A stretch of DNA of 64,000 bases from Patescibacteria group bacterium (GTDB lineage: Bacteria > Patescibacteriota > Minisyncoccia > Phycocordibacterales > Phycocordibacteraceae), in the NCBI GenBank assembly GCA_018971045.1, contig JAGWVF010000001.1:11480-75479 (forward strand), in the 5' to 3' direction. Within the stretch, counting starts at the first letter, position 1. Every line of letters starts with the position of its first letter. Shown here piece after piece: positions 51,936 through 61,911 of this stretch. The position numbers and the translations under genes are program-made. The notes under the pieces are model-generated. The model ran no database searches, was not told where the DNA came from, and was given only the letters and a program-made list of their open reading frames with translations.

Positions 51936-52931
51936 ATGTCGCAAGATTTTGCATTTATTCCCGCTAAGCTGAAAGAAGGCGATCTCGCTCGAGTTATTTC
52001 CTTCGGCCTAAGCCTGAAGGGCGCGTCCTTGCCTCAGCGGGAAATCTGCAACGCAAATCTTGCACGGCTTGGAATCAGGGTTTCGTTCGGAAAGCATGTC
52101 GAAGATAGCGACGAGTTCGATACTTCACCGATAGCGGCAAGAATAGAGGATTTGCATTCAACGTTGCAAGATTCGGAAGTAAAGCTGATTTTATCTGGAC
52201 TAGGCGGCATGAATGCCGCGCAAATTTTACGTTCTGTTGATTGGAAGTTGCTATCAGAGAACCCGAAGATCTTTTGCGGATTTTCTGATATGGCCGCCCT
52301 CGTCAACGCAATTCACGCTAAGACAGGGCTCATAACCTATTACGGCCCATTCTATGGAACCTTCGGAATGCAGAAGGGTTTTGAATATATGCTGGACTCG
52401 TTCGATAAGTGCCTTTTTCATTCGGAACCCTACCTGGTCGAACAGTCTCCCATCTGGAGTGATGACGCTTGGTGGCTTGATCAAGAAAACAGAACCTTCC
52501 ACGAAAATCCTGGCCCGCTAGTCTTTACCGAAGGATATGCCGAGGGACGATTGATTGGAGGCCACTTAACCTCGTTCGCAACACTTTTTGGAACCGAGTT
52601 CTTCCCAGATTTGTCTGACTCTATCCTGATGGTCGAGGAAAATAGCGAAATACGCCCGCGCTCGTTTGACCGACTGCTGCAAAGCCTGCTGTACCAAAAG
52701 GGATTCGAGAAGGTAAAAGCCATTTTAATTGGGCGGTTTACCCGAGCAACAGGAATCACCAATGAAATTCTTGTCACGATACTCAAGAATTATCCGGAGC
52801 TTTCGCGAGTCCCTGTAGTGGCGAATCTGAGCTTCGGGCATACCTATCCCCAATTTACTTTTCCGGTAGGAGGGATCGGTCGAATAGAGGCTAAGAGCGG
52901 AACGGCGATTCTTGAGATTAAGGAGCGCTGA
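51936..52931 (+). CDS. S66 peptidase (MccF / LD-carboxypeptidase family)
   Basis: GFSD (Ser), MVEE (Glu), FGHT (His); Trp-rich lid WSDDAWW. Confidence 0.88.
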   Translation: MSQDFAFIPAKLKEGDLARVISFGLSLKGASLPQREICNANLARLGIRVSFGKHVEDSDEFDTSPIAARIEDLHSTLQDSEVKLILSGLGGMNAAQILRSVDWKLLSENPKIFCGFSDMAALVNAIHAKTGLITYYGPFYGTFGMQKGFEYMLDSFDKCLFHSEPYLVEQSPIWSDDAWWLDQENRTFHENPGPLVFTEGYAEGRLIGGHLTSFATLFGTEFFPDLSDSILMVEENSEIRPRSFDRLLQSLLYQKGFEKVKAILIGRFTRATGITNEILVTILKNYPELSRVPVVANLSFGHTYPQFTFPVGGIGRIEAKSGTAILEIKER

Positions 52932-52952
52932 ACTCTGCACGAACCGCGGATG

Positions 52953-54344
52953 TTAGATATCAAGTTTCAAAACCTCTTTTAATTCACTTACGCTTGCGTA
53001 TTTAGACTCATCGAGATCAGAAATATTCTGGACATGCCAGGAGTTCGGATTCTTAAAGTGAACCGCCTTAACGCCAGCTTCGAGAGCTGGCTCTATGTCC
53101 GAGCGGAGGCTGTTCCCGACCACGATAATCTCCCCAGAGCTGAATGGAAGATCGCCCTTCAGTTTCTGTAAACTCGTCGTGCTCTTCGATTTGACGACAC
53201 ATAAGGCATGAAAATGCTCGGCTAAGTTAGAACGAGCCACTTTCTCGAACTGGATGCCAAGAGGTCCTTGTGTATAGAGAACTAGGCCGTCGCCGCGCTT
53301 TTCTAGCTCCGTCAGGATTTTCACGACATCAGGAACCAGTGCCTCCGGCTGATTCTTGAGAGTCGGTACGATAGACTCAAACAGTTTTGTGGGACGAGGT
53401 ATGTCCGCCTCTGTGGTGAGGGTCTTGTATACAGTTTCCAGAGATTTGAGGAAGCCGTAGGCACCGAAGCCAATCTCCTGAATCGTTTTCTCCTCGGTTT
53501 CATCTATTAATTGACGGACCTGCTCCTCGGTCGTATTTTTCAGGTACGGACGGCAATGCTCTATGAAAGCGTCGACGATTTTCGCGTATGCAATATTATC
53601 CTCCCAAAGGGTGTCGTCGCCATCGAATACCCACGTGCGATTAAAGGGCCCAAGTGCTGAAGGTGTCTTGCAAAAGTAGTATTCGCCTTCTTCCGGAAAA
53701 AGAATCGGGATTCGATGATCTCCCTCCGCGAATTTGCTGAATAAATAGGAAAAGTTTTGCGGAGTAATCTCTCCGGGAAGCGGTTCCCAGACTACCGAAA
53801 ACCCAGCTTCCTCGATTGCTTTCAGTTTTCGAGGATTGTTGCTGAGCAAAGCAATATTCTTTATTCCCAGGTCGCGCAAGATTTTGAAAGCAAGCGGATA
53901 CATCCGGCCGTCGACCTCGAAATTGAGTTTCTCATAAGCACCATAGGTGCTCACGCATTGCGATTGCATCGTGTACATGCCGAGATACTTAGCAAAAATC
54001 CCCGCGCCGCGCCCTTCTTGGAAGATGTGAATGAGGACGCCATTTTGTTTTCTGAGCACGTCGATTGAACGCAGTAGCTAACTTCGGCAGTCGCAATCGA
54101 AGCTTCCCAATATATCGCTGTTCGCGCACGACGAGTGCAGCTGTATCGGAACCGTTCGTGACGTATCGAACGAGTCAGGGTCCGTGAATAGAGCGACCAA
54201 TGCAGTCTGCTTATCATCAGAATAAATGCAAGAAAAAGTCACGCCTGTATTTGTAAAATGCTTTACGAAGGGAGTCTTCTTCGTGTCATCGTCGACTCGG
54301 ATTGTGGGGTCGTAGTCGCTTTCTTTTGGTGCGTGCAGGTCCAT
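52953..54344 (-). pseudogene. GTP cyclohydrolase II-like plus HAD hydrolase fusion interrupted by an in-frame TAG (54078-54080); pseudogene or readthrough
   Basis: HSSC-x10-CDC, QEGRG, DGRMY, LLSNNPRK, then FDGDDTLW and GNSLRSD; both ORF parts share one reading frame. Confidence 0.8.
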
Positions 54345-54356
54345 AAGTTTTTATGA

Positions 54357-57155
54357 TTAATTTATACGCAAATTGAATCGCACGGGTCCGGTTGAAAGTT
54401 CGACATTATGTTTCCCGTCGTCTGAATGCTCCACCCGAACGCTATCTTTCGTTGAGAATCCTTCATTCTTGCGCGCTTCGGCCACTGCGCGCGCAAATGC
54501 ACGCTCGTCTCCCTCGGCGATGAGTTCCTGTGTCAAACGTGTATCAAGCGAAAGGGAATCCGCGTGCATTATCACATTTTTTACGTTTACTTCATCTGCA
54601 AGCACGGTCGCCAATTCTTCTGGAATCGTTCTTGGAATTGAGAACGAGGGAAGCGGCTGGCGCACCACAATGCCGGCTTTCTGTCGGAGCATAAGCGCCT
54701 CGCTCGCAAGCGTGCGAACATCTGCCATAGCTTCGATTAACTCCGTATTTGCCTCATGCCTATCCGGCCACTCTGCCAGATGCACACTTTCTGGCTCGCC
54801 CTCTTCCCGTACTGAACGGTATATCTCGTCAGAGACAAACGGCATGACGGGTGCGACAAGCAGGGCGGTATGTTTGAGAACGAAACGCAATGTGGCGCGC
54901 GCGGCATCTGCATCCGGGCCATCTTCCTTGAAACGGTCGCGTGAGCGGCGCACGTACCATGCAGAAAGGTCATCAATAAAGGCCGAAAGTGGGCGTGTAG
55001 CCGAGTCGAGAGCATAATGCTCGTATCCTTCCGTCACCTCTTTAATAGTCTTATCCAAACGCGCAACTATCCAGCGGTCCAAAACATGAGTACTCATTCT
55101 GTTCGCCGTAATTCCCGTATCGTGAAGCGTATAGAAGGAAAGCACATTCCGGAGCCGACCAATGTTCTTTTTCGCAATCTCATCAACGCCCTTCTCAGAA
55201 AAAGCGAGGTCTTCAGCAACGACAACCGATGAGGATAGCAGATAAAAACGCATCGCGTCCGCCCCGTATTTCTCGACTACTTCCATAGGATCGGGATAGT
55301 TTTTGAGGCGCTTCGACATCTTCTTTCCGTCCTCAGCAAGAACGATGCCGTTCACGATGACGTTTTCGAACGCGTGCTTGTTGAATAGCGCTCCCGCGAG
55401 TACATGAAGATAGTAAAACCATGCGCGGGTCTGATCCTGTCCTTCGCCAATAAATTGTGCCGGAAACGCAGAATCAAATTCTTGCTTATCCTCAAAAGGA
55501 TAGTGACGCGAGGCATACGGCATTGAGCCGGAATCGAACCAAGTATCGAGAACGTCCGGTATGCGCCGCATTACACCACCGCAAGAACACGGAACGACGA
55601 TTTCATCCAAGACGTGCTTATGCAAGTCATCAATGCGCTCTCCGCTCGCTTCCTCCAACTCGGCTACGCTCCCGAAGACCTTACGCGCCTTGCATTCTTC
55701 GCATGTCCACATCGGAATAACGCTTGCCCAAAAGCGCTGGCGCGAGATAGACCAGTCGCGAGCGCCTTCGAGCCACTTACCGAAGCGCCCTTCCTTGATA
55801 TGTGCGGGCGACCACGCCACATCCTTTGCCGTCGCAAGTAAGATGTCTTTGATCTTCTCGATGGCGATGAACCATGATGAAGTCGCGTAGTTCAGGAGCG
55901 GCGTGTCGCACCGCCAGCAATGCGGATACGCATGGGCGATGTTCTCTTTTGAGAAGAAGTTGTCGTTATCCTGTAGATGCTTAAGAACGGCAATGTCAGT
56001 CGCGAGCCTGACCCGATCATCGTCAGACTTCGGCTTTACTTCCATGCCCGCAAAAGCGAGGACTTCTGGCTTCATCGTGCCGTCCTCGTTTACATGCTGT
56101 ACGAAGGGCAAATGCTCTCTTTTGAGGAGTTCCCAGTCGTCGGCGCCGAACGCCGGTGCCTCGTGTGCAATGCCGGTACCGGTATCCGCAGTGATAAAGT
56201 CTGCCGCATATACCTTCCATCCGTTTTCGCGATTCTTGAGGTTCGCATCGGAAGCGTAATAGTCGAAAAGCGGCTCGTACTCGAGTCCGACAAGTTGCCG
56301 CCCTGAAAATTCCAGTCCTGAATTCGCATCACTCAGCCCGAGAGCCGCCATCCGCTCCTTTGCGACCACATAGTATTTTCCGTTCTCGTATTGAACCGCG
56401 CGATAGGTGATGTCGGGACCGACGGCCAACGCCACGTTTCCAGGCAGCGTCCACGGCGTAGTCGTCCATGCAAGTAAATGGACATCCTGACCGATACCTA
56501 ACTCGGACAGCGCGGCAGTGGACTTTGCTTTAAACTTCACAGTGACCGCGATATCCTTCACGTCCTTGTATCCTTCCGACACCTCCGTCTGCGAGAGCGT
56601 CGTTTCGCAGCGCGTGCAGATATGCATGGAGCGATAATCCTCATATACGAGTCCCTTGTCGTAGATCTGCTTGAAGACCCACCAAACGCTTTCCATGAAC
56701 GACTTGTCCATCGTTCGATAGGCATTCTTCATATCAGCCCAGCGACCGATGCGAGGAATGATCTTCTCCCACTCGTTCACATAGGTGAGCACCTGTTCGC
56801 GACAGCGCTCATTGAACTTTGCGACTCCGTACTCTTTTATGTCTTTCTTATGCTTGAAGCCAAGCTCCTTCTCGACAATATTCTCGATCGGAAGTCCGTG
56901 GCAGTCCCAGCCCCACACACGGGGGACGTGATAGCCGCGCATAGTCTTATAGCGAGGTATGGCATCCTTGATCACGCTCGCCACGATATGGCCGTAGTGC
57001 GGGAGCCCTGTCGCAAATGGCGGGCCGTCGTAGAATGCAAATTCGCCTTTTGGGGCGCTTTTCTTGAGCGATTTTTCGAAGATTTTATTTCCTTCCCAAA
57101 ACTCAAGGATTTCCTCCTCTCGTTTTGCCGCGTCTGATTTTCCCATTTCCTCCAT
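54357..57155 (-). CDS. ileS: Isoleucine--tRNA ligase (type 2)
   Basis: DGPPFATGLPHYGH, GWDCHGLP, WTTTPWTLP, DWSISRQRFW, WFDSGSMP, KMSKR; start set at MEEMG. Confidence 0.95.
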   Translation of the reverse strand: MEEMGKSDAAKREEEILEFWEGNKIFEKSLKKSAPKGEFAFYDGPPFATGLPHYGHIVASVIKDAIPRYKTMRGYHVPRVWGWDCHGLPIENIVEKELGFKHKKDIKEYGVAKFNERCREQVLTYVNEWEKIIPRIGRWADMKNAYRTMDKSFMESVWWVFKQIYDKGLVYEDYRSMHICTRCETTLSQTEVSEGYKDVKDIAVTVKFKAKSTAALSELGIGQDVHLLAWTTTPWTLPGNVALAVGPDITYRAVQYENGKYYVVAKERMAALGLSDANSGLEFSGRQLVGLEYEPLFDYYASDANLKNRENGWKVYAADFITADTGTGIAHEAPAFGADDWELLKREHLPFVQHVNEDGTMKPEVLAFAGMEVKPKSDDDRVRLATDIAVLKHLQDNDNFFSKENIAHAYPHCWRCDTPLLNYATSSWFIAIEKIKDILLATAKDVAWSPAHIKEGRFGKWLEGARDWSISRQRFWASVIPMWTCEECKARKVFGSVAELEEASGERIDDLHKHVLDEIVVPCSCGGVMRRIPDVLDTWFDSGSMPYASRHYPFEDKQEFDSAFPAQFIGEGQDQTRAWFYYLHVLAGALFNKHAFENVIVNGIVLAEDGKKMSKRLKNYPDPMEVVEKYGADAMRFYLLSSSVVVAEDLAFSEKGVDEIAKKNIGRLRNVLSFYTLHDTGITANRMSTHVLDRWIVARLDKTIKEVTEGYEHYALDSATRPLSAFIDDLSAWYVRRSRDRFKEDGPDADAARATLRFVLKHTALLVAPVMPFVSDEIYRSVREEGEPESVHLAEWPDRHEANTELIEAMADVRTLASEALMLRQKAGIVVRQPLPSFSIPRTIPEELATVLADEVNVKNVIMHADSLSLDTRLTQELIAEGDERAFARAVAEARKNEGFSTKDSVRVEHSDDGKHNVELSTGPVRFNLRIN

Positions 57156-57159
57156 ACGG

Positions 57160-57996
57160 CTATTCGTTTGGGGCGAAACCAATACAAGCCTGCTCTTCGC
57201 TCGACGAGATACCGTCAAACCAGAGACGATGCAATTTTCTCGGATCATCGGACTCAAAAGCCGTTCTTCCATGGAGGACGGTAAAGTTATCGGTGAGCAG
57301 CACTTGTCCTGCTTCAAGCCGGAAACTTACTAGATTCTTTTCCTCTGAAAGAAAATCATGCACAAGGCCGACCGCTCTGCGTACATTTGAATTTTCTGGG
57401 GAGCGCACAGCTTCGTCCGCTCTGTAGCGAATCGCGAGGCGATTATTTAAATATGTTCTAAAAACCGCCCCTGAGAACGATTTCGCTGCGCGATTAATGA
57501 AAAGAGCGTCTTCGCGATAAAGCGACTCCAAGGCTTCTTTATCCGTCGATGAAAGCCAGTCGTGCAATTTCTTCCCGCTTGCCAGCTGAGTAATACCGCC
57601 TTGGCGTGCCGGTATCTCGCATCGCAGAGCAACAATCGGAGGAGGGTTTACATCGTATGAGCCATCGGTGTGAAATGTATAAGCTCGAGAAGAAATGCCG
57701 GGGTAAACGGAAGATTCGTCGATTACGGCAACTTCGGTAATGTCGTCATCGTCAGATCGATCATGGCTCATTGTTTTGCCAAAAAGTTCCTTGAAACACA
57801 GCAGTTGATTTCTAGGCGGTTCTTCCTTTTCAAATTGAACAATGGCAACTCCGTATGTATCGAGAAGGCTGATGATTGAGTGTGCCGATCCAACGATTTC
57901 CTCTGACGAATGTACTGACACTAAAAGCGCCTCGGGAGCAAGTTCGGAGCCGAATGCCTGTTTAGGATTTTTGTCGCAATTTCCGGAGGATTCCAT
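57160..57996 (-). CDS. TauD/TfdA-family Fe(II)/2-oxoglutarate oxygenase
   Basis: HxD (FHTDG), DN..VLHGR, R.L.R motifs. Confidence 0.88.
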   Translation of the reverse strand: MESSGNCDKNPKQAFGSELAPEALLVSVHSSEEIVGSAHSIISLLDTYGVAIVQFEKEEPPRNQLLCFKELFGKTMSHDRSDDDDITEVAVIDESSVYPGISSRAYTFHTDGSYDVNPPPIVALRCEIPARQGGITQLASGKKLHDWLSSTDKEALESLYREDALFINRAAKSFSGAVFRTYLNNRLAIRYRADEAVRSPENSNVRRAVGLVHDFLSEEKNLVSFRLEAGQVLLTDNFTVLHGRTAFESDDPRKLHRLWFDGISSSEEQACIGFAPNE

Positions 57997-58031
57997 AATA
58001 TTTTGGGCCGAAGCCCTGGCATCTAGTTTAT

Positions 58032-58793
58032 TCAAATTTTCTTGAACGAAATAACATCGCCAACATTGATGCCGAGCTCCCGAGCGCCCAATTTGCGTGC
58101 CTGCCCCAGTTCCCAAAGGCCAAATGAGCTGCCAGGGAAGAACGCCCAATCTCCGGTTTCAAGAGACATGAGACGTGGCTCATATACCGCATTAATCTTG
58201 TGATCCCTAATCATTACCTCGTAACGATCTCCTGGAGCAACTGGTCCGATATCTCCGGTAAATTTCATCATTCCAAAATTATCAATATGCACGATAGTTC
58301 CCGGCTTGAGATTAAGCCGAACGATCCCGTTCGGGTCGATCGCTTCCCCGAGTTCTGAAAGCGGCGTACCGCGAGCTGCTGCCGCGGCGACTTTTGCAGT
58401 TACATACTTTCCAGCGAACGAAACGAATTGCCCGACATTGTATTTCGTAAGGTCGTAGAGCTCCGCGCATCCGAAATCGCGGGTAAGCCAATCAAAACTA
58501 CCCATGTTCCTGCCGATAAAAACTATGTTGCGCTCCTTCGTTCTTCCGATTACATTCATCGGCCGCACTTTTTCGGCATTGATCGTAGTCATCAGAACGC
58601 TATTTTCCGGGTACGAATCAGCCATGAGCCGAACGGCGAAGTTGGTGTTAATTATGGAAAATGCTGGGGAAATGGGGGTAATGGGGGCAACTACGACATC
58701 CGGTATATTCTCGACTTCATGCGCGAGTACCGCCCAAAGCTCATTGGCCGCGATGTCTACACACTCTGTGATGTTTACCAAGTATTTCTTCAC
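58032..58793 (-). CDS. Divergent SAM-dependent halogenase / hydroxide adenosyltransferase (DUF62 family)
   Basis: GTIVHIDNFG, GSSFGLWEL, A.ELGI.VGD C-terminal domain; SFAGKY aligns by eye to TFHGRD; GTG start inferred. Confidence 0.72.
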   Translation of the reverse strand: MKKYLVNITECVDIAANELWAVLAHEVENIPDVVVAPITPISPAFSIINTNFAVRLMADSYPENSVLMTTINAEKVRPMNVIGRTKERNIVFIGRNMGSFDWLTRDFGCAELYDLTKYNVGQFVSFAGKYVTAKVAAAAARGTPLSELGEAIDPNGIVRLNLKPGTIVHIDNFGMMKFTGDIGPVAPGDRYEVMIRDHKINAVYEPRLMSLETGDWAFFPGSSFGLWELGQARKLGARELGINVGDVISFKKI

Positions 58794-59003
58794 GCTCGAA
58801 ATATAACACGAAATAGCAGAAAAGCTGAGTAATTCCCGTTCCCTTATCGAGATACGAACCATAGATATCGTACCGCCCGAGCATCTTGCTATATATTCTT
58901 CGTGTGATATAATAAAAAATGAGCAATAGAGATTTGTTGCCGCGAGAAAGAGGCCCTATATCTGAATCCCTGGTATGAGGTCGTCGCGAATGATAACGAG
59001 GCG

Positions 59004-59888
59004 ATGGTCATATCGCTGTACGCGAAGGGCCTCACGACCCGCGATATCGCAAGCTATATGCGCAGTCACTATGGCATGGAATTGTCCCAGCCTGCCGTCT
59101 CCGGCATTACCGACAAAGTGTACCCGCTCGTGAAGGAATGGCTCTCGCGTCCTTTGGCCGTGTCCTATCCGATCGTCTATCTCGACGGCCTTCACTTCAA
59201 GGTGCGGGACGCCGGGAAGATAGTGTCGAAGATCGCGTACATCGTCCTTGGCATCAATCCGTACGGGAATAAGGAAGTGCTCGGCATCTGGATCAGCGAT
59301 TCCGAAGGAGCGAAGTTCTGGATGCACGTCCTGAACGACCTGAAGAATCGCGGCGTCGACGACATCCTTATCGCGTGCGTCGACGGCCTCAAGGGATTCC
59401 CGGATGCGGTCAAGTCCATCTATCCGCAAACGGAAGTGCAGGTCTGCATCGCACACCAGATACGGAACACCATCAAATTCCTGCCGATCAAGGATCGCGA
59501 AGGATTCTGCCGCGACTTGCGGGAGGTGTACACCGCCTCGACCGAGAGCGCCGGCCTCGACGCGCTCCACACGATGATGCAGAAATGGCCGCAGTATCGC
59601 GGATACTTGAAAAGCTGGGAAGACCGCTGGGCCGAACTCACGCCCTTCTTCGAGTATCCGAATCCTATACGCCGCATGGTGTATACCACCAACATGATCG
59701 AGAATCTGAACCGGCAGTTCCGTAAGGTTACGAAAACGACCACGATCTTCCCGCATGACGAATCGCTCATGAAGCTCCTCTGGCTCGCCCAGAACGATCT
59801 TGCACAGGGAAGACTCGTCGCGCTTAGGAATTGGAGCGAGGTCATGGCTCAGCTCTCGATCCTCTTCGGTGAGCGTGTGCAGTTCTAA
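59004..59888 (+). mobile_element. IS256-family transposase, 5'-truncated
   Basis: LYAKGLTTRDI, YLDGLHFKVR, CVDGLKG, CIAHQIRN, YTTNMIENLN; N-terminal region missing. Confidence 0.88.
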
Positions 59889-60280
59889 CCATTAATTCCC
59901 GTCGCTGAAGCGGAAGCCGCCCCACGCACGCCGCAGCCGTCGCTGCGGCGTGCGTGTTTCAGATAGATACGATGTCAGTACAAGTCAAGGTGCGCGGCCA
60001 AGAAATTGGCATTTGTTGGCATTTTCAGTCCGCAACCGCGAGGGTCGCTCAAAAGACTCGCCGAATCGCCAAAATGTCCTTGAACTGCTTGCTGGAATGC
60101 CGAAAACGAGACGCGAACCCGATACGCGGTCCCGTGTCTCATTTGTCTCATTCCGTGCATGACCACGAGGCCTCGAATGCAACCCGGCCACCCTCGCCAA
60201 ACGGCCCTTACGGGGCCTCGCTTTACATGGTTCAGAACCGCGAGGGGGCACAAATTCTCGGAGAGGAGTACCATGTCTCT

Positions 60281-61426
60281 ATGGAGCCCCTCGCCGCGCG
60301 GATACGACCCGATAAGATTGCCGACGTTGTCGGGCAAGAACGCCTCGTGGGAGAGGGGAGGCCGCTTCGCGCCGCGATCGAAAAAGGGCATCTCTTCTCT
60401 TTCATTCTCTGGGGCCCGCCCGGAACCGGAAAGACGACCATTGCGCGTATCTATGCTCGCGCCCAGGGCGCCGAACTCTTCGAACTTTCGGCCGTCTCGG
60501 CGGGGAAGGAGGATATTAAGAAGATCGTGGCTCCGCCGCGCGACAGGCAGAGACCGCTCGGCGAGCGCCCTAAGATTTTGTTCCTCGACGAGATCCATCG
60601 CTTTAATAAAAGCCAGCAGGACTTTCTCCTGCCCTACGTCGAGAGCGGAGAGCTCACCCTTATCGGCGCGACGACTGAGAATCCATCGTTCGAGGTTATT
60701 CCCGCACTCCTCTCGCGCTCGCGCGTTTTTGTGCTCGAGCCCCTTTCTCGCGAAGCGCTCCGCGCGATCGTAAGGCGCGCCAAGATAAAGATGGGAAGCG
60801 GCGCGCTTGATTGGCTCATAGGCTATGCTAACGGCGACGCGCGTAAGGCGCTCGGGATGGCGGAGGGCGCTCTCTCGCTCTATGGCGCCGTAACCGTGGA
60901 AACCTTAACCAATGCGCTCGAGTCGCCGCATCTGCGCTATGACAAAAAAGGCGAGGAACATTACGATACCGTAAGCGCGTTTATTAAGAGCCTGCGCGCG
61001 TCGCAGGCCGATGCGGCTCTTTATTATCTCGCGCGCATGCTTGAAGCTGGAGAAGATCCGCTCTTTATCGCGCGGCGGATGGTCGTTTTCGCGAGCGAGG
61101 ATGTCGGCCTCGCCCAGCCGACCGCGCTCGTGGTCGCTAACGCCGTCTTTCGAGCCTGCGAGACGATCGGGTACCCGGAGTGCGCGATTAATCTCGCGCA
61201 TGGCGCCGCGTATCTCGCAAGAGCGACAAAAGACCGCTCTTCCTATGATGCGCTCCGCGCGGCGCAGGCCGACGTGCAAGCCCTCGGGAATCTCCCGATC
61301 CCGAAGAAAATACGCAATCCCGTAACGAAGCTCATGAAAGAGCTTAACTATGGCGAGGGATATGAGAAATACGATCCCGAATCGTATCTTCCCGACAAGC
61401 TCAAGAAAAAGAAATACTTGAAATAA
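60281..61426 (+). CDS. rarA: Replication-associated recombination protein A (MgsA)
   Basis: [45 protein letters not shown]. Confidence 0.95.
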   Translation: MEPLAARIRPDKIADVVGQERLVGEGRPLRAAIEKGHLFSFILWGPPGTGKTTIARIYARAQGAELFELSAVSAGKEDIKKIVAPPRDRQRPLGERPKILFLDEIHRFNKSQQDFLLPYVESGELTLIGATTENPSFEVIPALLSRSRVFVLEPLSREALRAIVRRAKIKMGSGALDWLIGYANGDARKALGMAEGALSLYGAVTVETLTNALESPHLRYDKKGEEHYDTVSAFIKSLRASQADAALYYLARMLEAGEDPLFIARRMVVFASEDVGLAQPTALVVANAVFRACETIGYPECAINLAHGAAYLARATKDRSSYDALRAAQADVQALGNLPIPKKIRNPVTKLMKELNYGEGYEKYDPESYLPDKLKKKKYLK

Positions 61427-61458
61427 CGCAAAACGGCGCCGAGGGACGCCGTTTTGCG
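61427..61458. terminator. Bidirectional terminator between rarA and hup
   Basis: CGCAAAACGGCG-loop-CGCCGTTTTGCG. Confidence 0.75.
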
Positions 61459-61472
61459 TGAGCGCAAAAACC

Positions 61473-61745
61473 TTATTTTATCGCGTCTTTCAGCGCCTTG
61501 GCGGGACGGAACTTCGCCGTACGCGTTGCGGCGATATGAATCGTCTCTCCGGTGCGCGGGTTGCGGCCCTGGCGCGCCGGACGAGCCTTCGTCGCGAAGA
61601 TGCCGAGGCCGGCGACCGACACCTCCTCGCCCGACTTCAGGCTCTGCACGATCGAATCGATCATGGTCTCGACAGCGCGCTCGGCATCGGCCTTGGTCGA
61701 ACCGAGAACGCCATGCACCTTATCGACAATGTCTGCTTTATTCAT
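61473..61745 (-). CDS. hup: HU DNA-binding protein
   Basis: MNKAD, GLGIF, GRNPRTGE, F.PAKALKD. Confidence 0.95.
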   Translation of the reverse strand: MNKADIVDKVHGVLGSTKADAERAVETMIDSIVQSLKSGEEVSVAGLGIFATKARPARQGRNPRTGETIHIAATRTAKFRPAKALKDAIK

Positions 61746-61911
61746 GAGAATCTGCTATCTGCTAATCCCGCAGCCGAGAGAGGGCGGGCTTGAAGAAAGT
61801 ATAAGAATCTGGCTTTTTTGCGCAATGGGGCTTTACAACTGCGGGTGGACAACGTGAAATCACTCGCCTCACCCCTCGACCTCCTCCATTAGAGTGATAT
61901 AGTTAGACCAT

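Larger units (their letters stand above)
50427..60042. mobile_element. Putative genomic island next to tRNA-Gly
   Basis: Serine recombinase at one end, IS256 remnant at the other, visibly more AT-rich cargo, 17/18 direct repeat at 50427-50444 and 60025-60042. Confidence 0.6.

Noticed and set aside
54078-54080. Genome-wide TAG-to-Gln recoding
   Set aside because: TAG ends several intact genes here (for example xth, the Xer recombinase and cca), so standard code 11 applies
57156-58149. Long N-terminal extensions and overlaps of the ileS, TauD and DUF62 ORFs in the track (also rarA from 59954)
   Set aside because: Downstream starts (57155, 57996, 58793, 60281) give non-overlapping genes that begin at the family N-terminus
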